This document shows, in pieces, positions 1 through 7,889 of a stretch of 64,000 bases of DNA (position 1 is the first letter of the stretch; each line of letters opens with the position of its first letter). The position numbers were made by a program, and so were the translations under genes. The notes beneath the pieces are model-generated. The model searched no databases and was not told where the DNA came from. It saw nothing but the letters and a program-made list of their open reading frames with translations. The stretch is taken from positions 853 to 64,852 of the forward strand of contig JBDRAN010000044.1 in assembly GCA_043823745.1 (NCBI GenBank), given 5' to 3'. Source of the stretch: Candidatus Omnitrophota bacterium (GTDB lineage: Bacteria; Omnitrophota; Gorgyraeia; Duberdicusellales; 4484-171).

Positions 1-1
1 A

Positions 2-817
2 AAGGCAGAAGCATATTTGAAAGATGATGTTAATAATTTATTAGCATTTACTGATTTTGCTTGCATGGAAGCACTGAAGGGTGGCGTTTTATCTAATATT
101 AGAAATTCTTTGGAAATAGTTGCAAAATATGCCAACCAAATTCTAATACTGAAATGTTTACCTGAAATTATGAAAGTTGATTACAATTTAGAGAATTTTA
201 AAGAGACGTTTATCGATGCAGATCAAACCTTAACTTTTCCAAAATTCTGTATTAAAATCGTTAAGTCGAATGGCTCTGATTCCGAGTTCGAAAAAGACTT
301 ATTAAAAAGAAGCCAAGAGGCAACAGAATGCTTAGATGAAAAAAGAAAAGGAGCCGCTTTAGTATTTGAAGGTATAGCAGCTTTTAACCAACAAATGGAT
401 CAAAAATATTTGAAATATGTTCGTTCAGGTAAAAAATGGACGATAAACGAATATCAGTATGCCTGCGTCCAAATACTAAAAATGTGCGAAATATTATTTG
501 AAAAGAATATTAACAATACCAAAATGCCGGAAAAGGAAAATTTTATAAATCATTACATATTTCGTTACACCTTATCAGGCTATTTACTTGTTTTAAAATG
601 GTTAAAAGACCATGGATGGGAAAGTTATCCAGATGAGAAAAAGAGAAATGACATCATCGATATGTCTTATGTTACTTTTGCCACGTATTTTGATGGCGTA
701 TTGTCAAATGATAAAAAAATAAATTCAATTTATCCAAAGGTCATAAAGTTCATAGAATTTATAAAAAATAATGCGTCTAACAATTCACTCCAGCGGACTG
801 TGCCAGCCATCCGTTAG
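2..817 (+). CDS. Cassette protein, 5'-partial, putative PIN-like nuclease fold
   Basis: Frame open from the window edge (KAEAYLKDD...). Acidic motifs TDFACMEA and RNDIIDMSYVTFATYFDGVLSND resemble the PIN active-site pattern. Stop lies inside attC. Confidence 0.6.
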   Translation, partial: KAEAYLKDDVNNLLAFTDFACMEALKGGVLSNIRNSLEIVAKYANQILILKCLPEIMKVDYNLENFKETFIDADQTLTFPKFCIKIVKSNGSDSEFEKDLLKRSQEATECLDEKRKGAALVFEGIAAFNQQMDQKYLKYVRSGKKWTINEYQYACVQILKMCEILFEKNINNTKMPEKENFINHYIFRYTLSGYLLVLKWLKDHGWESYPDEKKRNDIIDMSYVTFATYFDGVLSNDKKINSIYPKVIKFIEFIKNNASNNSLQRTVPAIR

Positions 818-851
818 CGCAAGGCACAGCCGCTGAGTTCAAACGTTAGAT
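775..851 (+). repeat. attC site (77 bp)
   Basis: R'' GTCTAAC, spacer AATTC, L'' ACTCCAGC, stem GG(A)CTGTGCC/GGCACAGCC, L' GCTGAGT, R' GTTAGAT; two extrahelical bases at canonical positions. Confidence 0.95.
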
Positions 852-869
852 TAGAAAAAAGGAGAAAAG

Positions 870-1295
870 ATGGATTTTACAAATCTCCCTCCATCAACGC
901 TTATAATTGGAGAGGCATTTTCATTTCTATTGATATTTAGTCGTGCCCTTCTATCCAGTCTATTATTTTCAATACCAATAGTCATTTTTCTTTTGCTTTT
1001 TAAAAAAACTCGCAATTTCAAAGCTGCTTTTATTGTTTTCTATACAGTTATCGGCTACAAAGCAGTAGAATCAATAGTCGGTGGCCATTTTTTGAATTTA
1101 ATTGAAGTGGGACATTCACCACTGAATGCTAGAATTAGCGCCTTCTTTATACTTATTTTTCTTACATCACTATTTTTAGCCATGTCATTGACGGTTTTTT
1201 ATTTCCTCAACAAACAAAAACCATGGAAATATATATTACTCATCGTTCCTTGTTTAATTGTCTATACCGCAACTTGTTTACAGAATCCTCACTAA
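870..1295 (+). CDS. Cassette membrane protein (~4 TM), unknown function
   Basis: 141-aa ORF, several hydrophobic helices, SD AAGGAG upstream, starts just after R'. Confidence 0.8.
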   Translation: MDFTNLPPSTLIIGEAFSFLLIFSRALLSSLLFSIPIVIFLLLFKKTRNFKAAFIVFYTVIGYKAVESIVGGHFLNLIEVGHSPLNARISAFFILIFLTSLFLAMSLTVFYFLNKQKPWKYILLIVPCLIVYTATCLQNPH

Positions 1296-1310
1296 AGATA
1301 GGGGGGTCTT

Positions 1311-1622
1311 ATGGAATCAAATCCTGCTACAATTATAAAGAATGCTGTGGAAGATTTGTCAAAGAAGATCGAGTTTACTGCAGGAGAGATTGCTACTTTT
1401 AAAGAAGCTTTGTGTGGTATTGGAGAAAAAATGAATGATTCAAGTAATAAATTATTACGGGCTTCAAAATTTTATTTTTGGGGCAGTTTAATTCTTACAA
1501 CCGTAATTGCTTTTGCTATTTTGGTTCAGGCAAAAATAATTAATCTTGAAAAGACAATAAAAAACAAAAATCTAACAAAGCGTTTCCGCTTTTCGAACGC
1601 TTTGTTCGCCTCTTCATCCTGA
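1311..1622 (+). CDS. Cassette protein, coiled coil plus single TM, unknown function
   Basis: 103-aa ORF 15 bp after the previous one with no attC between them; TM FYFWGSLILTTVIAFAILV; reads through the mini-attC. Confidence 0.7.
   Translation: MESNPATIIKNAVEDLSKKIEFTAGEIATFKEALCGIGEKMNDSSNKLLRASKFYFWGSLILTTVIAFAILVQAKIINLEKTIKNKNLTKRFRFSNALFASSS
1570..1610 (+). repeat. Aberrant palindromic mini attC-like site (41 bp)
   Basis: ATCTAAC AAAGCGTT ... AACGCTTT GTTCGCC; perfect 11-bp inverted repeat AACAAAGCGTT; ATCTAAC matches the cassette-start core GTTAGAT; no normal L boxes. Confidence 0.6.
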
Positions 1623-1669
1623 AGGGGAATACTCATAGATGCGTAAGCGAAGAGGCGCTATAGGGGGCG

Positions 1670-1813
1670 CGCGAACAAATCGTTCGAGCGGAATTGTGCG
1701 TTTAAGGTAGATGCGAGCAAAGCTCGCAGACCTAAGATAAGATTAGGGTAGGTAAGCTCGCTTTACTCGCTTACCTTAATATTCCGCACAATCCGCTCAA
1801 CTCTGCGTTATAA
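1670..1813 (+). repeat. Long attC site (144 bp)
   Basis: CGCGAAC-AAATC-GTTCGAGC-GGA(A)TTGTGCG ... CGCACAATCC-GCTCAAC-TCTGC-GTTATAA; long internal stem TTAAGGTA/TACCTTAA and GCGAGCAAAGC/GCTTTACTCGC. Confidence 0.88.
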
Positions 1814-1830
1814 GCAAAAAATAATATTAA

Positions 1831-2121
1831 ATGTTTAATTTCCTGAAAAAGAATAAGAAAATTAGGATCCACACAGATATTACTGCTATTAATCCGTCTG
1901 GAAAAGATACTGTAGAAAATACTAAAATTGAATATTGCTGCAGCAGATTTAAAGAAGCTGTTCAGAATGATGAGATTTGCTTTTCATATTCTAATACAAA
2001 TAAAATAGATGAGACAGCATGGGCTATCGATAAATTATGGCATATTTACTATTGCCCTTTTTGTGGTAAATTTATAAAAGGAGAAGGATTCGGAGATTTT
2101 GATAAGATAAATAATAAATAA
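1831..2121 (+). CDS. Cassette protein with CC...CPFC putative Zn-binding motif (DUF6980-like)
   Basis: 96-aa ORF between two attC sites; YCC and IYYCPFCG motifs. Confidence 0.7.
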   Translation: MFNFLKKNKKIRIHTDITAINPSGKDTVENTKIEYCCSRFKEAVQNDEICFSYSNTNKIDETAWAIDKLWHIYYCPFCGKFIKGEGFGDFDKINNK

Positions 2122-2127
2122 AATCGC

Positions 2128-2192
2128 TTATAACAAAGCAATCCAGCGGACCGTAAAGCTGCGCTTTCCGGCCGCTGATTTTTGTGTTATAA
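2128..2192 (+). repeat. attC site (65 bp)
   Basis: TTATAAC-AAAGC-AATCCAGC-GG(A)CCG...CGGCC-GCTGATT-TTTGT-GTTATAA. Confidence 0.95.
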
Positions 2193-2201
2193 AGAGAAAA
2201 A

Positions 2202-2714
2202 ATGAAAAAAATAATTTTTACCGCAATATGCTTATTGCTGAGTACGGGAAATGTGTTTGGCCAGATTCAAGAAGAACCGAAATATAAACTAAACCCCAGC
2301 GTAGATAAAGAATCTCCCGCCGGCATTTATATTCCAAAAGATTTAGAAGACTGTTTTAAAGAACTAAGAACCATGCTTGCCCCGGCTTTAATTGAAGAAA
2401 TGAAATCGGGAACAGAAAGCGACATGAACAAATACCATCGCAGCCTGGGAATGTGGTTAAGAAATAACTGGGGCTTATGGTCGGACTCGAGATTAAAGAA
2501 ATATTTCAATGATATAGGAATCCATCATCCTGATGATATGTCCGGCATTATTCTTACCTCATTCTGGCGGCATCTCAACAATAAACCGATACAGCTTCAG
2601 GACCAAATATCCTATTACCGACAATACTGGAAAGATATGGAGACAGACAAAGAAAAAAATCACAAAGCGGAAACGCCGACACAAGAATCGCGAGTAACCC
2701 AGGAGGGGCAATGA
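2202..2714 (+). CDS. Secreted protein, DUF6794-like
   Basis: Signal peptide; motifs YIPKDLEDCF, GMWLRNNWGLW, GIHHPDDMSGIIL recalled for this family. Confidence 0.7.
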   Translation: MKKIIFTAICLLLSTGNVFGQIQEEPKYKLNPSVDKESPAGIYIPKDLEDCFKELRTMLAPALIEEMKSGTESDMNKYHRSLGMWLRNNWGLWSDSRLKKYFNDIGIHHPDDMSGIILTSFWRHLNNKPIQLQDQISYYRQYWKDMETDKEKNHKAETPTQESRVTQEGQ

Positions 2715-3097
2715 AAAAATTGATAGCAGTGGCGATACTTGCGCTATTGGCTAGTACGGTAAAAGCAGCGATATACAATCAAGAGATAACAGAGACGGCA
2801 AAAGTTACCTTCTCTTTAAATAAAGAAGGCACATTACAAGCGCTGGTTATCAAACATATTGAAGAAGGCTCGTATCCAAAAAGCGGATGGGTTAATTGCG
2901 CGGTGCAAAATGCGGAAATCGAAAAAAAATACGTGGCCCAGTTAAAAGGTAAAGCTCAAATAGAAGATTATTTTACCGTTACCTATATTATTACCGAGCA
3001 GAATAAACAAAGCCAGATTTTAAGTTACGAAGGAATCGTACTCCAGCTAGAGCCCTGGTCTCCGGTTTTTTTACATAAGGGCTCAGCCGAGCAATAA
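2711..3097 (+). CDS. Secreted hypothetical protein
   Basis: SD AGGAGG, ATGA overlap with previous gene, signal peptide MKKLIAVAILALLASTVKA. Confidence 0.8.
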   Translation: MKKLIAVAILALLASTVKAAIYNQEITETAKVTFSLNKEGTLQALVIKHIEEGSYPKSGWVNCAVQNAEIEKKYVAQLKGKAQIEDYFTVTYIITEQNKQSQILSYEGIVLQLEPWSPVFLHKGSAEQ

Positions 3098-3119
3098 AGC
3101 CTTCCCTTGATCAAGCGTC

Positions 3120-3242
3120 ATGCGCCAGATCGATGCTCCGCAAGCAGAGATCGATTATTGCGCGAGCCTTGACGGCACCCATTATGATGTGAATAAGGAT
3201 GGGGGAAATGATGCCGGGGATTATACTCTTCGTAACTGGTAG
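3120..3242 (+). pseudogene. 40-codon fragment with dockerin/EF-hand-like loop
   Basis: Translates to MRQIDAPQAEIDYCASLDGTHYDVNKDGGNDAGDYTLRNW; DVNKDGGNDAGD has D/N at loop positions 1,3,5,9,12 and G at 6. Confidence 0.4.
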
Positions 3243-3247
3243 GTTAG

Positions 3248-3280
3248 CCAAGAAACGCATTTTTCAAATGCATTTCTTGG
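3248..3280 (-). terminator. Hairpin between convergent units, right after the era stop
   Basis: CCAAGAAACGCATTT-TTC-AAATGCATTTCTTGG; the single mismatch is a G-U pair on the minus strand; no clear U-tract. Confidence 0.55.
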
Positions 3281-3285
3281 GTTAT

Positions 3286-4200
3286 TTAGGTGAGCCAGTA
3301 ACCGAGCTCTTGCAGGATGCGAGGTTTGTTTTGCCAATCACTCATAACTTCAACCCAGATATCAAGATAGACTTTTCTTCCGATGATCTTTTCGATACGC
3401 GGCCGAGCCCGCGAACCAATCTCTTTTAAAATAGCGCCTTTGGTGCCCACGATTATTTTCTTCTGAGAAGTCCTGTTAACATACACCACCACCTTGATGT
3501 AGGTAAGCGCTTTTTTCTCCCGTATCTCTTCAACCTCAACCGCCAATGAGTGCGGAAGTTCTTTGCTTAAATGCGTGAATAACTGCTCGCGTACCGCGTC
3601 AGCCACGCGAAACTTAAGCGGAAAATCGGTTGTTGTTTGGGCATCATAAAACGCGGGATTTTCGGGCAAATGCGCAAGGATTACTTTGGTTAGCTCATCA
3701 ACATTTTTTCCCGACTTTGCACAAGTCGGAAGATACGCAACCAAAAGATCTTCAGCAACCCCTTTTTGCGCCAGTAGACTTTTCCAGGCGCTGATATAAT
3801 CAGGCAAGAACTTCCCGCCTAAGTCCATTTTATTAAGCACCATAATAACCTTAATACTCTGGGAACTGAGGAAATTCATCACATCCTGCTCTTCCCGGCC
3901 CAGGCACCGGGAAACATCAGCGACATATAAGAGCAGATCGCAACCATCGACTGATTGTTTTGCAATGGTGTTAAGATGTATGGTCAGGCTATCGCGAAAC
4001 GAGTGAATTCCCGGCGTATCCACAAAAACAATTTGCCCCTCCTCGACGTTAAGAATTCCTTTTATCTGATGACGCGTGGTTTGCGGGATAGCTGAAATGA
4101 TACTTATCCGCGAACCGACAAAGGCGTTTAAGAGCGTCGATTTACCAACATTAGGCCGACCGATAATACCGACAAACCCTGATTTGAATTTTTTTTCCAT
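3286..4200 (-). CDS. era: GTPase Era
   Basis: KSGFVGIIGRPNVGKSTLLN, PQTTR, DTPG, NKMD, C-terminal KH domain. Confidence 0.97.
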   Translation of the reverse strand: MEKKFKSGFVGIIGRPNVGKSTLLNAFVGSRISIISAIPQTTRHQIKGILNVEEGQIVFVDTPGIHSFRDSLTIHLNTIAKQSVDGCDLLLYVADVSRCLGREEQDVMNFLSSQSIKVIMVLNKMDLGGKFLPDYISAWKSLLAQKGVAEDLLVAYLPTCAKSGKNVDELTKVILAHLPENPAFYDAQTTTDFPLKFRVADAVREQLFTHLSKELPHSLAVEVEEIREKKALTYIKVVVYVNRTSQKKIIVGTKGAILKEIGSRARPRIEKIIGRKVYLDIWVEVMSDWQNKPRILQELGYWLT

Positions 4201-4205
4201 TGTTA

Positions 4206-4333
4206 AAACGCGAATTGCCGCGAATTTATAAACGCTAATTTTCGCGAATATAAAAACATGATTCTATCGTCCCTCGTCCCAGCGAAGCGGTCGTCCTTCA
4301 TCCCTAGTTTCTCAATCTGCAATCTGCTATCTA
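4206..4333. repeat. Stack of short intergenic tandem repeats
   Basis: 2x24-bp unit containing CGCGAAT twice (4206-4253); TCGTCCC-type heptamers x4 (4267-4304); CAATCTG-type x3 (4313-4333). Confidence 0.75.
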
Positions 4334-4345
4334 TGCCTCAAACAC

Positions 4346-5479
4346 TTATCGGCCACCCACGTAAGCGTCAAGCTGCTGCACATAATCAATCAGCACATCG
4401 ACTCCTTTATGGAGATTACTCACCTTAACACTCTCGTTTTTAGTGTGGGCGTTACCCTTTGAACCAAAACCAAACGCAAAACTCTCGATGCCTTGTGCCT
4501 CAAGAAAGTTAATCACGGTAGCGCCAAAGCTAGGGCTCAACGCAGAACGGATACGATGCCGGCGTAAGACTTCCCGCAATATCTTTATGGAGGGACTCTT
4601 GGTATCAATCTCTATCGGCTCCTGATGCGCGAGCACGGTAACGCGATACCGTATCTTCTGTTTACGGATCGCCTTTTCAATACGCGTGACAATCGAGTTC
4701 TGCGTCATTGATGGCAGATACCGGATATCTAATTCAAAAAAACAATAACCGGCAACGATATTGACCTTATCGCCTCCCACAAAACGGCCGACATTAATCG
4801 TTGGTTTCTTTAAAAGCGGATGTCTGAGGTAGGAAAATTTTCTATCGAGGATTTCTGTAATAATCGAGACAGCTCGCTCGACCGCGTTCACCCCCCGCTC
4901 CGGATACGCGCCGTGCGCTTCTTTGCCAAAGAGCTCAACACGCAGATGCAGCAGGCCCTTCTGAGCAACAATAATATTAAAATCATCGGCATCGAGGACT
5001 ACCCCGTAATCAATACCGCGTAGCTTCTGCGCAAGAGGTATGATGCCCCCGTAACTTCCCGTTTCCTCATCAGCTGAGAATGCAAAGACCAGATCGAGAT
5101 TACGCAAACGAATATTTTTTTCCCGCAATGAACGGATAAGCGCGAGGCTTACCGCAACATTCGCCTTACAGTCAGTCGCTCCCCGGCCATAAATCCTACC
5201 GGCAAAACGCGTCCCGGAAAGCGCCCCAAAACGCCACCGACCTGTTACCGGTACCGTATCGACATGCGGCGTAAAAATAATGGAACGCTTCCGGTGTAAC
5301 GAAGGTATGGTGCATACGAGGTTCGGCCGGCCGGATTTAAATTCGTAAATCTTCGAAACGATACCATAGCGCACAAGGTAGGTTTTGATGAACTCAATAA
5401 TCGCGGTTTCGTTCCCCGGCGGATTTTGAGAATCAATTCGCACGAGTGACTGCAATAGCCGCGTCACTTCTTCCTTCAT
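4346..5479 (-). CDS. M20 family metallopeptidase/amidohydrolase (ArgE/DapE-like)
   Basis: SQNPPGNE, HVDTVP, GRGATDCK, ADEETG, HGAYPERGVNA, AHTKNE. Confidence 0.93.
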   Translation of the reverse strand: MKEEVTRLLQSLVRIDSQNPPGNETAIIEFIKTYLVRYGIVSKIYEFKSGRPNLVCTIPSLHRKRSIIFTPHVDTVPVTGRWRFGALSGTRFAGRIYGRGATDCKANVAVSLALIRSLREKNIRLRNLDLVFAFSADEETGSYGGIIPLAQKLRGIDYGVVLDADDFNIIVAQKGLLHLRVELFGKEAHGAYPERGVNAVERAVSIITEILDRKFSYLRHPLLKKPTINVGRFVGGDKVNIVAGYCFFELDIRYLPSMTQNSIVTRIEKAIRKQKIRYRVTVLAHQEPIEIDTKSPSIKILREVLRRHRIRSALSPSFGATVINFLEAQGIESFAFGFGSKGNAHTKNESVKVSNLHKGVDVLIDYVQQLDAYVGGR

Positions 5480-7466
5480 ATACCTCCTTCAGCGATACAT
5501 CTAAGTAGTCTGCCGTAAACGGATTATAACCAAAATATGCAATCAAAAAATAGGCGGTTGAGGCAAGTGAGCCTGTCGAATCACCATGAGGGGTACGCCA
5601 GCCATGCCCCGTATCAACGTCGGCACGTGAGGCATAGGGCAGGCACGGATCTTCTCTGCCGATACGTGAAGGGGACGTAATAAGCATTTTCTGCAGTTCG
5701 TTGGAATAAAAAACTGCCTGATCGAGATATTTACGATACTTAACCGGGTCATTGTCTTTATAGTAATCGGCCATAACCTCAAATGATAATATCATCTGCG
5801 CGGTCCATTCCCCTGATACGATACCGCCCCGTGCCATATTTTTGAATTTTGAAAAATCGAATCCGCGAATGGTCACGTCCCCTTCTTTACGCTTAAACGA
5901 TGTCTCTACTTCGCAGGACTGTATCGCAAAATCAAGAATTGTTTCCGGGTTCATCTTAAGCGAAGATAAAACGTCGGGGCCGAAGGTGCTTATTGACCAG
6001 GCATAGGTATCTGTCGCGATCGTCGCATCTCCCTTGCCGCGCTTAACCGGCGCCCCATAACTGGTGTAGGCGTACCGGGAAATCCAGTTTTTTAGCTTCT
6101 CGGCGGCCAGGCGATGCGCAGGGTCACCGTTGACTTGATAGTACAGCGTAAAGAATGCATAGGCATCAAGATTGTGTTCGGTTGAAAACCAAGCGTCGCC
6201 GGGACCGCCGCGTATACCACCTTCACTATCCATCATGCTGGTGAGGAAGGAGGCAACCTTCTGCGCTATTGCAAGGTACTGGCGGTCTCCGGTCTTTTTT
6301 GTGTAATTAAGCACCGCGATACCGATCCACGCGTTCGGGCCACTGTGGACTACCGCCTCGGCGGGTTCGCCATTTGAATAATACGCGTTATAAATACTCT
6401 CATGGCGGCCAGTTTGGGTAAGATAAAAATCAAATATCTGCGCTGCGGCGGGAGCATCATCCATAATAAGAAAAACCGTCGAAGCGAGTGCCTGATCGTA
6501 GGTAAAACAGACTTTATCCAGATTCCTATCTCCTTCAAAACTCATCACAAGGCCTCGCACAAGGTCACGGCGGTTCTGTATCCATTGATAGAGCCCCTGG
6601 ATAATCTTCTGAGAAAAACCGGCGCGCGAGCGCTTCAGGGTATGCACTTTCGCCTCGAGCGCCGCCGACGATGTAACCCGCTCCTGGAGACGCTTGTCAA
6701 AGAATACGCCTTCTTTTTTACGGCGGGCGAGCTCATCTTTAAGGCGCGCAATTTTTTCTTCAAGCTTTTTCGCGACTTCAGTATTATGCGCCGCCTCAAC
6801 AATCGCGTACTCCCGGGTCGCATTGGCGAGGTCCTCTTCGAGGTTTGCAATCGTCTGCGTGATTCCTTGGCGTCGGCGTTCGAACGTCTCGTCGCGGCCA
6901 CGTTCGGCCAACAATGTGTTTTCAAGGGACGACCCACTCTCAATAACGCCGACATAATCACTTACGAGTTTTCTGTTCTCTTGGATGAGCGCGCTTGTTT
7001 TTACGGTCAGAAAAATAGCGGCGAGCGCAAGCCCGGTGACAAGGAAAGCGGTGACTCGAGGAGCGTAGTACTTAAGGAGCGCGAAACGAAAAAGACTTTT
7101 CAGGGATCCGGCGTGTTCCTCGGTAAACTCAAGACCTATTTTATACTGGGTAAAGTCTTTGTTGGTAACTTGAGTGCGCCACGTAATGCGCCCTTTGACA
7201 AAATACGCCTTCCCCAGGCTAAGATTAATCTTAAGTTCTAAGATCCCGTTCGGCGTTGAGCACTTATCCCAGAAACCCCACCATAGGTCATTGATAACCA
7301 GACAAATTCCGCCGCGGCTTATATCCTGCGTAAAACCCTGCAACCAGGGAGTAATACGTTTTCCGGAGGTATCGGCAACAAAAAACTCGACCGGCAACAC
7401 GGTCGCTATTCTAATGTATCGTCTTTTTTCTTGTTGGCGCATAGCGTCAGCGGTATTATCGGGCAC
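5433..7466 (-). CDS. PilZ - TM - coiled coil - putative (alpha/alpha)6 glycosidase-like fusion
   Basis: PilZ motifs RRYIR and DISRGG; one TM at about aa 137-155; coiled coil; C-terminal domain with FTYDQALA, GPNAW, STEHNLD, EWTAQM. Confidence 0.75.
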   Translation of the reverse strand: MPDNTADAMRQQEKRRYIRIATVLPVEFFVADTSGKRITPWLQGFTQDISRGGICLVINDLWWGFWDKCSTPNGILELKINLSLGKAYFVKGRITWRTQVTNKDFTQYKIGLEFTEEHAGSLKSLFRFALLKYYAPRVTAFLVTGLALAAIFLTVKTSALIQENRKLVSDYVGVIESGSSLENTLLAERGRDETFERRRQGITQTIANLEEDLANATREYAIVEAAHNTEVAKKLEEKIARLKDELARRKKEGVFFDKRLQERVTSSAALEAKVHTLKRSRAGFSQKIIQGLYQWIQNRRDLVRGLVMSFEGDRNLDKVCFTYDQALASTVFLIMDDAPAAAQIFDFYLTQTGRHESIYNAYYSNGEPAEAVVHSGPNAWIGIAVLNYTKKTGDRQYLAIAQKVASFLTSMMDSEGGIRGGPGDAWFSTEHNLDAYAFFTLYYQVNGDPAHRLAAEKLKNWISRYAYTSYGAPVKRGKGDATIATDTYAWSISTFGPDVLSSLKMNPETILDFAIQSCEVETSFKRKEGDVTIRGFDFSKFKNMARGGIVSGEWTAQMILSFEVMADYYKDNDPVKYRKYLDQAVFYSNELQKMLITSPSRIGREDPCLPYASRADVDTGHGWRTPHGDSTGSLASTAYFLIAYFGYNPFTADYLDVSLKEVYEGRSDAAIAVTRAN

Positions 7467-7505
7467 GTTTGGAAGAAATCAACACTCCCGTAAATTATAC
7501 CTCAA

Positions 7506-7889
7506 TCAGCTCTTTTGAATACTCTTTATCTTAGCGAAAAAATTTTTGAAACTCGCGTGCTGGCGCACGTTTTCAAGATCAGGATCCTGAAGAATATACG
7601 AGAACTCGTCATACCCAAGCAATACCGCTTTTTTTAGCTGCGTATATGCCTCCTCCACTTCCCCGAGCAAGGAAAGGCTGCAGGAAAGATTATAATGAAT
7701 AATGGGGTCCTCCGGTTTGAGCTGAACGAGCCGGCGATCGACCGCGAGGCCTTCCTTATAAAAACCCTTGCTGGTATACGCATTACCCAAAGATACGAGC
7801 GCCTGGATAAAGTTAGGCCTTTCTTTAATCAAGCTCTCGTAAAATCTGATTTCAAGGTCTTTTCTCTTGGAAACTCTTTTCTTAGCCAT
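7506..7889 (-). CDS. Small TPR protein
   Basis: LGNAYT..G, HYNLSCSLSLLG, DPDLENVR (TPR end-of-group pattern). Confidence 0.88.
   Translation of the reverse strand: MAKKRVSKRKDLEIRFYESLIKERPNFIQALVSLGNAYTSKGFYKEGLAVDRRLVQLKPEDPIIHYNLSCSLSLLGEVEEAYTQLKKAVLLGYDEFSYILQDPDLENVRQHASFKNFFAKIKSIQKS

Larger units (their letters stand above)
1..2192 (+). mobile_element. Integron gene-cassette array (3' part; integrase not in window, could be a CALIN)
   Basis: Co-oriented AT-rich ORFs separated by attC sites. Each cassette's R'' is complementary to the GTT core at its own start (GTTAGAT 845 / ATCTAAC 1570; GTTATAAGC 1807 / GCTTATAAC 2126). Confidence 0.92.

Noticed and set aside
1605-1676. Group IIC-attC intron remnant in the attC
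   Set aside because: Minus-strand GCGCGCCC only loosely resembles a GUGCG 5' end; no domain V/VI and no RT fragment.
3199-3429. 76-aa plus-strand ORF
   Set aside because: Overlaps era in antisense and runs through the hairpin; no motif.
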